This document shows, one piece after another, positions 41,601 through 50,884 of a DNA stretch of 64,000 nucleotides. The stretch is from positions 1 to 64,000 of IMG/VR virus record IMGVR_UViG_3300044825_003205, one strand, 5' to 3'. Made by a program: the position numbers and the translations under genes. This stretch comes from an uncultured virus (IMG/VR IMGVR_UViG_3300044825_003205). Taxonomy: Duplodnaviria > Heunggongvirae > Uroviricota > Caudoviricetes. Numbering within the stretch: position 1 is the stretch's first letter; each line of letters opens with the position of its first letter. The notes under the pieces were generated by a model. The model was not told the DNA's origin, made no database searches, and saw only the letters and a list, made by a program, of their open reading frames with translations.

Positions 41601-44600
41601 CGTATTTAGGTTGTTTTATCTTCGAAGTATCAAAATACCCAAAGTTCGATGCAGACCAAAATAATCTAGCTGAGCCATTGAATACCGCTTTGTTTCCTAC
41701 GAAGGTATAACCATTCGCTATTCCCTCGGGAGTTACCAAAGCTTCATTCGCCTCATTTATGTTTGCACCGAAAGACGGTACAACATACAACCTTTGTATG
41801 TCACCAATTATCGGTGGTTGACACTCTTGTGTTTTTGCACTGAACTCGACATTTGCTGGAAGCAATACGCTCCAAGGATAAACGTTAAAAGTCGTGTCGT
41901 TAAGACCTCCTACGTTTTCTATATTTCCTCCTGGCAAATTAACAATCTGCAGCCCTCTATTCACGAGACTTTGTAATTCTTCGTTTGTATAATCCTTGAA
42001 TAAGTCGTATCCATTGTAAAAAACGTTGAAGTCGTTTAAAACTTTGGGATAAAACCCTGGTTGTATTTTATATGTTGTGTTATTGTTTGCTTGGAGTTGG
42101 ATGTCTATTATCTGTGATTTATCCTTATTACCACTTGTATTAGTAAAAGTATATTTTTTCCCTACATTTTTGGTGATTGGGTCGTAAGCCGAAACATAAT
42201 CGAAATCTTTCCAAGCCTCCGAAATAATATCTACACCTGTCTGTTTGTAAGTTTTATACCTATGCCAAATAGAACCAAACTTGAGAATCCACGCATATGG
42301 TAATTTGTGAATCGCACCAAATTTCTTCATTACCGCAAACATATAATTCATATCGTCTATCTGAGATATTTGAGTAATTGTTTCCGATAAAGCATTGTTA
42401 GTCACAGAGGTAGATAGAGATTTCAGTTTTTCTCTCAAGGAAATCAAAGGTAATGAATTCAAGAAAAGATATGCCGCAACTTTATATGGTGTCTTATTAC
42501 CCCTTCTCCAATTATCAACACCTTGTAAAATTGAGTTTACAAAGAAGGGAGTGTTCAACATAGATGTTGTTGTTACAACAGGTAATCCTCTACCCCAATA
42601 AAAAACCGCAGGTGAGTCAGTAAATGTTTTACCCACTGTCATTGGCAGTGTAGTCGGGATTGCTAAATTATAAAAGTTACTTAACTCGAAGTTGTTTTGG
42701 ACAAGATTCGATTGGTTTTCCGGTGTTTGGAAGGCAAAGTTTGTAACAGGTCTATTAGTGTCGAAGTTCTTTAAATCAGTGAAATTCGATATTACATTTT
42801 GCTCTTTGTAAATTCTTAAACTTTCCGTTGTCTGATACCTTTTTGGAAAAATATTTGTGTTGTTTCCTACCAAGTTTGTTTCACACCATTTATCATCGGT
42901 AAATGGATATGTATCTATGATTGATAATACATTTGGTGTAGTATCAATAATCTTTTCTAGCTGAACCGAATACTTGGCTAAATTATTTTGTAACGTTGGT
43001 CCTATATCATTTAGTTCTCTAATTTCAAAAGAGTTTCTAAGATATCCGTTGATATATGGGGTTACAAAAAAATCTCTAATATATTGTTGATATAACCTAC
43101 CAGTACCTTGATTGGAAAAACTATATAAAGTATTTTGGTAATTTTGAGCAGTTATTTGATAATTTTTCAGTTTGTATGTTAAATAAGGTGAGCTTGTGCC
43201 CAAGCTTGTTTTGATGTTTTCACTTTCGTAGTTTGTTACTAATAGGTTCAACTCATCTTTTGATGTTCCTTGTACTCTACCTAAACCCGTATAAAAAGAT
43301 GTCAAATATTGTCTTTCCCAAATTTCATAAAAAAATTTAATCTCATCCTTATTTCTATACGCAATATTATTTTGAGGAAATTCTAATGAGTTTATATTCA
43401 ACAAGTTTGTTTGCGAAGAATTTTCTAATGGTGGAGGTGCAATTGGTGATTGAAATTTTTGAGTTAGACCTTTCAGGTATTCTTCAACAAATTCCACTTC
43501 AGGCCAAACGTCGTATCTATTACCTTTGGTAACATCAACAACAGAAGGGTCCGCTAAATATTTCAACTGAAACTTACCCTTTTTGTCTTCATTCGTTTCG
43601 ACAAAAAATTGTGGCCATGGGTATATTGGAATGTTCGAACTGTTCAAAGTTGAATTGGGTGAAGACCCTTCCACATTTTGTTTTGCGTCAGAACTTACTG
43701 CCGCAGACTCGTTGTTTAAAATTGCACTTCTTCTGACTGGGTCGTTCCTCAAACTCCAAGATTTTGTATGAACTTCGTCCATTAGTCTAATGAAACCTTC
43801 TGTGGAAGCCATAATGATTGCTGAAATATTTCTTACAGTCGGTCTGAATCCTAAACCTATCTTATCATCCTCTAATTTTTTCGCAAGTGTTGCAGTAATC
43901 TCAGATTCATAATCACTTAATTTTTTATTCGCTTGAGCTTCCATTGACCTTATATTATCTATAAAGGTTTGTAAGTTGAAAGTATTGTCGGATAAGAGTT
44001 GGGTTTTTCCTGAGTTTTGCTCTTTGACAAACTTAGGTAAAAGTGAAGGGATTATAAGGCTTAAAGCATCTTTATACTCCTTGGAGGTTTCATTCTCGAA
44101 GAAAACTCCTCTTTCCTTTAAAGTTTCTAAACCATCAATTTCCGCCAAATTAAGTTTTGGTTCTGTGAAAATATCTTTAGTGATTGGGTTATTTATGACA
44201 GACTTAGAACTAACAACACCCAACGTTCCATTTTCCGCCAAAGCTTTATTATATTCTTTGATGTATTTTGTTAAATCACCAATAGCATCTGTTTTTGCTT
44301 GAGGTGAAAGGCCTTGTTTATAGGTAAATCTTTTCTGACCATCTTTCAGGACTATAGGATTTGGGTTCAAATATGTGTTGAACCATGAATCATTAGATTG
44401 ATATATTTTTTCATAGTATTTTGTGAGAGTTGATTTATAACTTCTACAATCTGTTAGTGGTTGAACATCAGCTTGAGTATATTGGGACATGATGTTTTTC
44501 TCGAATGTGTCTATTTTCTGAATTAGCTGATAGAATGTAATTTCGGGAAAGTCAGGCTCTATTAATCCTTTCGCCTTGTATTCACTGTATACTTGTGATA

Positions 44601-45543
44601 TCTTTTCATACCCCCTCTCACTTACCACCGAAGTAACAATATTTTGTTGGTTATTCGTTGGTGCGGAAGCACCCTTTCCGTTTACCGATTCTTGTTTGAC
44701 TTGACCAACAGTTGGGTTTGGGTTTACTGTTAAATCATATCTTTTGGAGTACATGTGTGGTGTTGCCAACAAATGACCCACTAAAATTTCGTTCAGAATA
44801 TTAAATTTATATCCTTTGAATTCCAAACTCACTTGGTAGTTACCACTGAACGAGTTAAACCTTGCATTAAATTTTTCTAAATTAAGTTGATATCTGATTG
44901 CCTGTCCATAGTAACCCTTAAGGGTTAAATAGAAAGGTGGATAAGGTAAATTGAAAAATGCCGCATAAGGTGAATTATCACCCAATTGAAATAATGCTCG
45001 TCCTTGTACGTCTTCAAGTTCTATGGTAACACTTGGTATGAAGCTAAGTCCAACCCTAACATTTATACTTGTTATACCCAAAAGTCCATTATCTACTGCA
45101 CCGTCAACTCCATTAGTAACAACACCAGCTTTATAAGATGCTGTTTTTTCTCTTGGGTTACCTTGTATTGTTTCTGTTGGTTGATTCACCCCCATACCAT
45201 TCAAACCTGTTTTTGGCGACTTACCTGTCGTATTCAAACCTGTCAATTCGTCGTAGTATGAAGTTGAAAAATAATCTTTTTCGTTAGGTGCCAAAAAATT
45301 TATCTTGGCAATTGAAACTGTGGTTGCTGCGTTTTGAGGACTTCCACCTACAGCTAATTTTGTTCTTGGTAGTACTTCCGCCTCCAAATTACAAAACATT
45401 ACAAGATTCTCGTGGTCAACAAGTCTTTCCTGTATGTTACCATTCGCATCAATAGTTTTGTTGGGGTCAACTACAATGATGTTGTTGTAATCGAACTCAA
45501 CCAAAATACCACCCGCGTTATCTGGAAGTAAGTTACCTACCAT
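38668..45543 (-). CDS. Giant baseplate hub/tail-tip protein (2291 aa) with a C-terminal IPT/TIG domain
   Basis: Hub-like motifs LGITSINV..PSVTIELEDVQG and GNAMIQPTMYF..GPYMIQEVTHTITPGSFQTQF; C-terminal PTITKFDP..ISLSGTNL IPT/TIG; follows the LysM/gpX-like gene. Confidence 0.65.
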   Translation of the reverse strand: MVGNLLPDNAGGILVEFDYNNIIVVDPNKTIDANGNIQERLVDHENLVMFCNLEAEVLPRTKLAVGGSPQNAATTVSIAKINFLAPNEKDYFSTSYYDELTGLNTTGKSPKTGLNGMGVNQPTETIQGNPREKTASYKAGVVTNGVDGAVDNGLLGITSINVRVGLSFIPSVTIELEDVQGRALFQLGDNSPYAAFFNLPYPPFYLTLKGYYGQAIRYQLNLEKFNARFNSFSGNYQVSLEFKGYKFNILNEILVGHLLATPHMYSKRYDLTVNPNPTVGQVKQESVNGKGASAPTNNQQNIVTSVVSERGYEKISQVYSEYKAKGLIEPDFPEITFYQLIQKIDTFEKNIMSQYTQADVQPLTDCRSYKSTLTKYYEKIYQSNDSWFNTYLNPNPIVLKDGQKRFTYKQGLSPQAKTDAIGDLTKYIKEYNKALAENGTLGVVSSKSVINNPITKDIFTEPKLNLAEIDGLETLKERGVFFENETSKEYKDALSLIIPSLLPKFVKEQNSGKTQLLSDNTFNLQTFIDNIRSMEAQANKKLSDYESEITATLAKKLEDDKIGLGFRPTVRNISAIIMASTEGFIRLMDEVHTKSWSLRNDPVRRSAILNNESAAVSSDAKQNVEGSSPNSTLNSSNIPIYPWPQFFVETNEDKKGKFQLKYLADPSVVDVTKGNRYDVWPEVEFVEEYLKGLTQKFQSPIAPPPLENSSQTNLLNINSLEFPQNNIAYRNKDEIKFFYEIWERQYLTSFYTGLGRVQGTSKDELNLLVTNYESENIKTSLGTSSPYLTYKLKNYQITAQNYQNTLYSFSNQGTGRLYQQYIRDFFVTPYINGYLRNSFEIRELNDIGPTLQNNLAKYSVQLEKIIDTTPNVLSIIDTYPFTDDKWCETNLVGNNTNIFPKRYQTTESLRIYKEQNVISNFTDLKNFDTNRPVTNFAFQTPENQSNLVQNNFELSNFYNLAIPTTLPMTVGKTFTDSPAVFYWGRGLPVVTTTSMLNTPFFVNSILQGVDNWRRGNKTPYKVAAYLFLNSLPLISLREKLKSLSTSVTNNALSETITQISQIDDMNYMFAVMKKFGAIHKLPYAWILKFGSIWHRYKTYKQTGVDIISEAWKDFDYVSAYDPITKNVGKKYTFTNTSGNKDKSQIIDIQLQANNNTTYKIQPGFYPKVLNDFNVFYNGYDLFKDYTNEELQSLVNRGLQIVNLPGGNIENVGGLNDTTFNVYPWSVLLPANVEFSAKTQECQPPIIGDIQRLYVVPSFGANINEANEALVTPEGIANGYTFVGNKAVFNGSARLFWSASNFGYFDTSKIKQPKYDEYLNTYQPNAIDMVPFRFSELENYMKIDDVFGVFEKNILDRFEEEFLNFSKPISDITDTSIASYNNFASEANDVFRNFQLLFKNMMLVKPNTSNIPQETFFTKTIGEQFDVVNNQLTTFMEYDIVFKYGNPSEYNRRIFASFLSHNTTPQLVDPINFEPYVKGSLPTTGGITLGLSKQQYPKEWLELELQVGFSTIEALRYKDQGSYITDFFIDNNIKFSVPNIQILAPIIKMYATQKLQSITVAGFRVRLQQYIDQCQSLQDLFINSVMNNLRQNLSGQSQVQETTKQSVVDGQQSKVTIYETFKALNDKWIAGGDYESKTIFEDILFLDRASRNIGDDLLIDVFRLKSMLSTSSMNEIMSVYTLLAGILIDNNFSIMNLPAYVNFYNVQDVDGISNRKPEGTLNFANNLWGTFLSVDYRDSGPKMVCFFTGKPSNYLELPDNNYYRFKTDAFDLRRASDNPLVENQQGKTDWGLSNKCVGFNVDIGVRNQNIFYSFQVGQDSGKATAEAISQVYNMSTLASGLGNATQNVGLYNLYNQRSYPCTVVAVGNAMIQPTMYFNLRHVPMFNGPYMIQEVTHTITPGSFQTQFNGIRQAVFDYPQIDKYLQSINQNLLTKVEALIKNSSEKPSVPPTTDQGKADKKVSDAKQSPSPENSCVNNVDLVYLNNQFVSTKFVATNITPEQMITSINDVLIKKNVTDISMKAIIYSICYVSTFKENKFMGYGNNYSAAINLSENFSPTYNDYFEKTYMCVKNKLRDSPWAVFNTTDKFVEFLYERLRQRRNLIEKEGLWLFYNCYYPNTKSSVSEPFFYSGRRTNDNIKQNGARLEAGLNSFNQLATNTSLGIQQIDVRKLIDGTVGTNDPERQNNPTNNQGTSTSGKPKCLPPTITKFDPKSQTTSGVIQPISLSGTNLLGNTQVFLNENKVTIQSINATGITFTPITKVSGKIKIITSGGTVESTDTYVFVNNSSATTTR

Positions 45544-45856
45544 AATAATAAAAATAATTTTCTAATGCACCTTTATAGTCTTGTAATGATGGTAGAAGAG
45601 GAAAAGGAATTGTCAATATTGCACCGTCAGGTATATAATTTTCCAAACCTCCATACTGTGGATTTGCTTGTAAAATAAGCCAACCAAAAAAGGGACTACC
45701 ATAAAAATCTTGAGAAACCTTATCAAGTCTGCTTCTACCGACCTTATAAATAAAAGTCTTGTCTGATGGTTTATTTGGTAGATAAACAAATGGCACAACG
45801 GTCTGTTGTCCGTTGATTAGAAAATCCGTGTATCTGTTATAATATGCGAATGGCAT
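45533..45856 (-). CDS. LysM-like baseplate protein (P2 gpX / T4 gp53-like)
   Basis: SRLDKVSQDFYGSPFFGWLILQANP...IPDGAILTIP. Confidence 0.8.
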   Translation of the reverse strand: MPFAYYNRYTDFLINGQQTVVPFVYLPNKPSDKTFIYKVGRSRLDKVSQDFYGSPFFGWLILQANPQYGGLENYIPDGAILTIPFPLLPSLQDYKGALENYFYYYGR

Positions 45857-48800
45857 TAGTTAAATTTTGTTTTTGTTATTACGATTGGTCCTTGACTATC
45901 GTTGAAGGTTTGATTATTAGTGTTTGTCGCTGGTAGTATAAGTGAATTAATAAGTGTTTTTCTATTTGACATCAAAATATCTTCTGTCGTATTTCCTGGT
46001 TCGTTAGTGAAAGTCATATCTCTAACTTGTGTTTTATCAACTTCCACAAAATTTATAAAGTTTTGTAGTTGGTTTGTTTCCATATAATTTAAAAATTCTA
46101 ACGCTGCCTTATTTTGTTTTTCGAAGGCAGGTTTTGCCTTTCCTAACCAATAAGCATCAAATTCTTTTTGCAAATCTTTATCAACGTCTTCCAAAAGTTT
46201 TGCATTACTCAAAATATTACCAATCATTTCATTTTTGAATGTCTCATATTTTTTACTATCAGTGACATCTGTACTCAGTATTGTATATTCTCTCCTAAAA
46301 CTTTGACTATTAAATTCGGAACCTGTTCCAATTGCCCTGAATGTATCATTTTCTGAAGCTGAATTCTCTCCAGTTTCAGGAAGAATTACCAAATTGTTAT
46401 ATGGTTTACCCTCGAAAGTGAAAGTATATTTATTATTTAGTTTTGCAAGATATTGATTCAGACTTGTTTTAATTTTCACACCATCCGTTGTGAGACCATT
46501 TAGTGTTGTACTTCCTGATGTATAATAAACAACTGGGTCTTTACCATTTGGTTGATACCCGTCTGAACCGGTTTGAGTTGGTGTTCCATAGGTAATAATA
46601 TTATATCTCGCAATAAGGTTATTGTAACTTGTTTGTTGGTTTGTTAATCCCTGTATTACTGTGAATACTGAATTTGTAAACGTATTTTTTTTCCTATTTA
46701 AAGTGTCTTTATAATTATTTTTTAAAGTTCGTAATACTTTTTTCGAAAAGTTTTTTACGTCCATATATTTCAAGAAATCATCTTGGTCTGATTCAATATC
46801 AGCCAAATATTTTTGGAAAATAGTATCGACTCTTTTCTGAATCACGGAAGGTTTTCCGTATAGGAAAGTATCAACACCGGAACCTATTATTATTTCTCCT
46901 TTAGTATAATTTCTACCTAAAGTCGCTTGTTGTCTAATTGACTCGTTGTATTGTGCTAAAATTTCTTTGTTCTTGTTCATGATGTCTCTGAAATAATTCT
47001 GAGTACCTTCAACAAAATCAGACATGAATTTTGTGTATGAGGTAACTCCGCTTACTCCGTTTGGAGTGGAAACACTTTGAACAATATTACCAATAGTCGT
47101 TGAATTACTTTGACCAGGGTTATTTTGAACTTGGTTCTGTGTTGGTGGTGCTTGTTGTCCGTAGAGTGAAGCGAACTCAGCATCAAGACTTGCCAAACTT
47201 TCTGTATCAGTTGCTTCAGCTCTGTCGTCATAAACCTCGGTGTTAGCATAGTAATTAAACGTGAGTGCATTCTGTATTTTATCTACCGCATCTTTGATTC
47301 CACTTCCACCGACAAACTTGAAACCTAATGTAACATTTGCAATCATTGGTTGAACTCCGATACCTTCTGGATTTAAATCCAAACTTTCATACTGTAATTG
47401 CAATGACTCAGGTATAATTTTAGTATTATAAAAATCTCCCACTCTTAAGACTAGTACAGGTGGTGTACCAAAAGCAGTATTCACCGCATTACTATAATCT
47501 AAAACCTGTTTTCCATTTACTGATTTTATTGTCGGTATCGTGTCACCAGGTCTCATGCATTGATTCAAGAATGTTAGTCTCGAATTCAATCCTTCGGGTG
47601 TTGTTGAGTGGAAACCGGGGTGAAAGAACTTTAATTTGTCTTTCAAATTATCATAAACCATGGGAGTGTCTTCTTTGATACTTTCGAAATAATCACATTC
47701 TGTGAGTAAAAGTCTTAAAACTCTTTTGGACAAATTATCGGCAAGCCTTGTTCTTTGGACCTCAACAGTTTCTGTTGTAGTTTGTTGTGTTATTTGTTGT
47801 ACCGACTGTGTAGTTGTCGTAACCTGTGGCTGAGTGTTTGTAGGTTGTGTGTCAGTTATTCCCTGTTGTATCGGTGTTATTTTCACATTAGAAATCAAAA
47901 CTCTTCTACAAGCCATAGCGTTGACTGTATATATTTTTTTTGTTGCCGCCTGACTATCTTTAGTGTCTTCTTTACAGTTGTATTTTACAGATTCCTTATT
48001 AATCATTTTGGTGGTGACCTCACCTTCTTCCCCTAATGCGACTGAGTCGTTGAAAGTTATTCCACCTTTAATTAATTCCCCTAAAGGTTTCTTACCAGTA
48101 ACAGATGGATAACCTAAAATAAATTTCTTGACTGATTCATTTCTTCTTTCAGAAAGACTTTTATTGTATGCCACACTTGCCGGTGCTGAAGCTGTTCCTG
48201 ATAAGGTAAAATTAATAGATTCAATTTGTGCAGCGTTTTCATAAATTTTATCTAATTGCTTCGAAATTTCACTATAATTATTTTTTATTACTTCAGTGAA
48301 AAATGTTTCAACAACACTTGGGTTCGATGTGTATGGTGTGGTTTGATTTGGTGCTTCTTTTACATACGTAGGTTCCTGCTTTTCATAATCATTATAGTAA
48401 TTTTTAAAACTAGTTACATTCCCTTTTGGAATATCATTATCGAAATAGAATCCTTGACCTCTCAATGCTTCTTCGATAGGAGCAACTGAAAGAGATGGAT
48501 TTGCCACTTTTTGATTATTGATATCTGAACTTGTATTTACCCCTGTCTGAACGTCTCTCTTAATCCAATCTACCTGTTCTTTTGTAAGTTGTTTCGAATC
48601 TAATTCAGTTTGTATGACATATAAATCGTTCGGATTTGCCAAAGGATATCTTTTAGCCAGCTCATACAAATCGTATTTCACACAACCAGCAAAGAAAGAT
48701 TCTAATAAACTATTAATTTTATCTCTGTTTGTTTCATTATTTAAAACTTTGTTAACGACTAAATTCAAAACTGATGGATGGTCAACAACTATTTTCCATG

Positions 48801-50844
48801 AAAGACTACCTCCCCTACTTGTGTTACTATAAGTGTATATTGGTTCAGGTCTTCCGATGAAACTCGAATCTTTCCATGAAGCATTTGTACTTTCACTGAA
48901 AGTTAGTCCATATGGTGGAAACCACATGATTCTACCTCCGTTAGGTCCTCTTTCACACACCGGTAAGTCAGAATAAGTAAATCCGGGTTTGGAAGAACTT
49001 CTCCATGCTAAATTTTCCAAAGAGAACATATATTTCTTTACATGACCATCTGTGTCAGGATTTCCGACTAAATTTGTCGAATCAGCAGTACCATCTTTCC
49101 TGTTTGGGTAAATGTTTAAATTGTATGTACTATCTAAAACAGAATATGAAATCTTTCTGTTTTGTGTGGTTATACCTTCTGTTTTTTGTAAGTTACTAAA
49201 ATTTAGATATGGTATATCTTTAGCAAACACTCTACAATATTCCACTCCTCTCTCCTGTCCAATTGCACCTGTATATTTTATAACTCTTGAACCTTTAGTT
49301 AATTCTTTATATCCATCATTGAATACTTTACTAACTTGGTCTATAGCATTCCCAACGTGTTGTAGTCTTCTCCCTCCAGCTGGTTGACTATCAATGAGCT
49401 TCTGTGTGTCATCTAAGATTGAACCTTCCCTAAATTGAAGGTTATTCGATTCTGTATTTACATAAGATGATGGTCTGAAATTTTCATCAATATCTAAAAT
49501 CTCTCCTCCAATACCAACTTTTTTACCAGCATTTGCCCTATACTTAGGTGATACCCAAGTGAATCCTCCTTCAATACCACCACCATTGCTATAGGTTGGT
49601 CCATTTGCACCTAACTTAACTTCTCTCGAAGGTCCTTCGTATAATTGGGCGAGTTCTTGGGGTCCGTATACAGGTGATTGTACTTCTCTTGCAAAGTTGT
49701 CAACGGGTAAATCACCGCCCGGTGAGAAAACTCTTGATGGTTCCGATGTTATAGAACCAATATAGTAATTACTATTATTTGTGTTTGTTCCAACTATGAC
49801 ACCACCAAGTCTATCGAAAATAGACCTGTTGTATCCAGGTTTAAATCTGTTATAATCTAAGTTACCAAATAACCTGGATTTCTGACCACCACCTGTATTT
49901 TCTAAAAAAATTTGAGAACCTGTTTTAGTTCCACCTAATAATCTATTAAAAAACTTTCCTGTAGTACTTCTTCTAAAAGCGTTACCTAGTTGTTGTATTG
50001 TTGTTGGTTGTCCAATTTGTATTGAAGGGTCAAAGTAAGACCCGGGTATTGGCGAAAGTGGAATGATTGAACCGGCCAATCTTAATGCGAAATCTGTTGC
50101 AGCTAAAATTGGACCGGCCGGAACTGTAATTTGATAGTTAGGCTCAATCACAGGTATTCTACCTGTCAATAAACTAAGAACATCTGTTCCACTTCTAACA
50201 TTGAAAATGTTAATCCTTCCTGTTGTCCTTTGTATTATTTCCCTACCAATCCTTGTCTCAAACTCTTTTCTTAGGATTGTAGCTCCGAGTCTAGCAATGT
50301 ATGAGTCAGAACTTAGTAGTCCGTTACTACCCAGAGGGTCTGGAGACAAAAGTATGGATACTGGATTGTATGATGATGGGTTAAAAGTTGAGGGATATGG
50401 TTGTCCATTAGTTGCTCGGTTGTTATTTAGTTGAACTGTCTCGAGTGTTGCAATATATTCTCCCGCATCTGTAACGTCATTTGGGAATGAGTAAGCGTTG
50501 ACACTTTTCCATCTTTTAGCCTCTATTGGTGCTTGGTCTAAGATATTAGCATCTTGATAACCATATTCTCCCTCGTTTGATTTCGTACCGTTGAGAGAAC
50601 CTGGGTCGGGAACTTGTTTGTACCCTCCCTCTGCTCCGTATTGATTGTTTTTATAAAGTTGTTGAGCGAACCTCGGTTCGTCTATGAGAACATCAGGTGA
50701 GTCTATTACCGCAGAGTCTGATAGGGTTGTATCGTAGTCTATTGGTGGCGTAATTCTACTTGGTGACTTTGGATAAGGCACAAGGTTCTTTACGATAATT
50801 TTTTTTCTGAATGACTCAGAGTTTACGAGTAATGGACTTGCCAT
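45856..50844 (-). CDS. Tail tube initiator-like protein (1662 aa) with an inserted OmpA-like domain
   Basis: FPPYGLTFSES..W....FIGRPEPIYTY and PPVLVLRVGDFY..PMIANVTLGFK halves flank FYFDND...GTASA...YNKSLSERRNESVK...ACRRV. Confidence 0.65.
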   Translation of the reverse strand: MASPLLVNSESFRKKIIVKNLVPYPKSPSRITPPIDYDTTLSDSAVIDSPDVLIDEPRFAQQLYKNNQYGAEGGYKQVPDPGSLNGTKSNEGEYGYQDANILDQAPIEAKRWKSVNAYSFPNDVTDAGEYIATLETVQLNNNRATNGQPYPSTFNPSSYNPVSILLSPDPLGSNGLLSSDSYIARLGATILRKEFETRIGREIIQRTTGRINIFNVRSGTDVLSLLTGRIPVIEPNYQITVPAGPILAATDFALRLAGSIIPLSPIPGSYFDPSIQIGQPTTIQQLGNAFRRSTTGKFFNRLLGGTKTGSQIFLENTGGGQKSRLFGNLDYNRFKPGYNRSIFDRLGGVIVGTNTNNSNYYIGSITSEPSRVFSPGGDLPVDNFAREVQSPVYGPQELAQLYEGPSREVKLGANGPTYSNGGGIEGGFTWVSPKYRANAGKKVGIGGEILDIDENFRPSSYVNTESNNLQFREGSILDDTQKLIDSQPAGGRRLQHVGNAIDQVSKVFNDGYKELTKGSRVIKYTGAIGQERGVEYCRVFAKDIPYLNFSNLQKTEGITTQNRKISYSVLDSTYNLNIYPNRKDGTADSTNLVGNPDTDGHVKKYMFSLENLAWRSSSKPGFTYSDLPVCERGPNGGRIMWFPPYGLTFSESTNASWKDSSFIGRPEPIYTYSNTSRGGSLSWKIVVDHPSVLNLVVNKVLNNETNRDKINSLLESFFAGCVKYDLYELAKRYPLANPNDLYVIQTELDSKQLTKEQVDWIKRDVQTGVNTSSDINNQKVANPSLSVAPIEEALRGQGFYFDNDIPKGNVTSFKNYYNDYEKQEPTYVKEAPNQTTPYTSNPSVVETFFTEVIKNNYSEISKQLDKIYENAAQIESINFTLSGTASAPASVAYNKSLSERRNESVKKFILGYPSVTGKKPLGELIKGGITFNDSVALGEEGEVTTKMINKESVKYNCKEDTKDSQAATKKIYTVNAMACRRVLISNVKITPIQQGITDTQPTNTQPQVTTTTQSVQQITQQTTTETVEVQRTRLADNLSKRVLRLLLTECDYFESIKEDTPMVYDNLKDKLKFFHPGFHSTTPEGLNSRLTFLNQCMRPGDTIPTIKSVNGKQVLDYSNAVNTAFGTPPVLVLRVGDFYNTKIIPESLQLQYESLDLNPEGIGVQPMIANVTLGFKFVGGSGIKDAVDKIQNALTFNYYANTEVYDDRAEATDTESLASLDAEFASLYGQQAPPTQNQVQNNPGQSNSTTIGNIVQSVSTPNGVSGVTSYTKFMSDFVEGTQNYFRDIMNKNKEILAQYNESIRQQATLGRNYTKGEIIIGSGVDTFLYGKPSVIQKRVDTIFQKYLADIESDQDDFLKYMDVKNFSKKVLRTLKNNYKDTLNRKKNTFTNSVFTVIQGLTNQQTSYNNLIARYNIITYGTPTQTGSDGYQPNGKDPVVYYTSGSTTLNGLTTDGVKIKTSLNQYLAKLNNKYTFTFEGKPYNNLVILPETGENSASENDTFRAIGTGSEFNSQSFRREYTILSTDVTDSKKYETFKNEMIGNILSNAKLLEDVDKDLQKEFDAYWLGKAKPAFEKQNKAALEFLNYMETNQLQNFINFVEVDKTQVRDMTFTNEPGNTTEDILMSNRKTLINSLILPATNTNNQTFNDSQGPIVITKTKFN

Positions 50845-50884
50845 TTATTTCTTTTATAATAAATAGATTCTTTGAAACTTTTTA

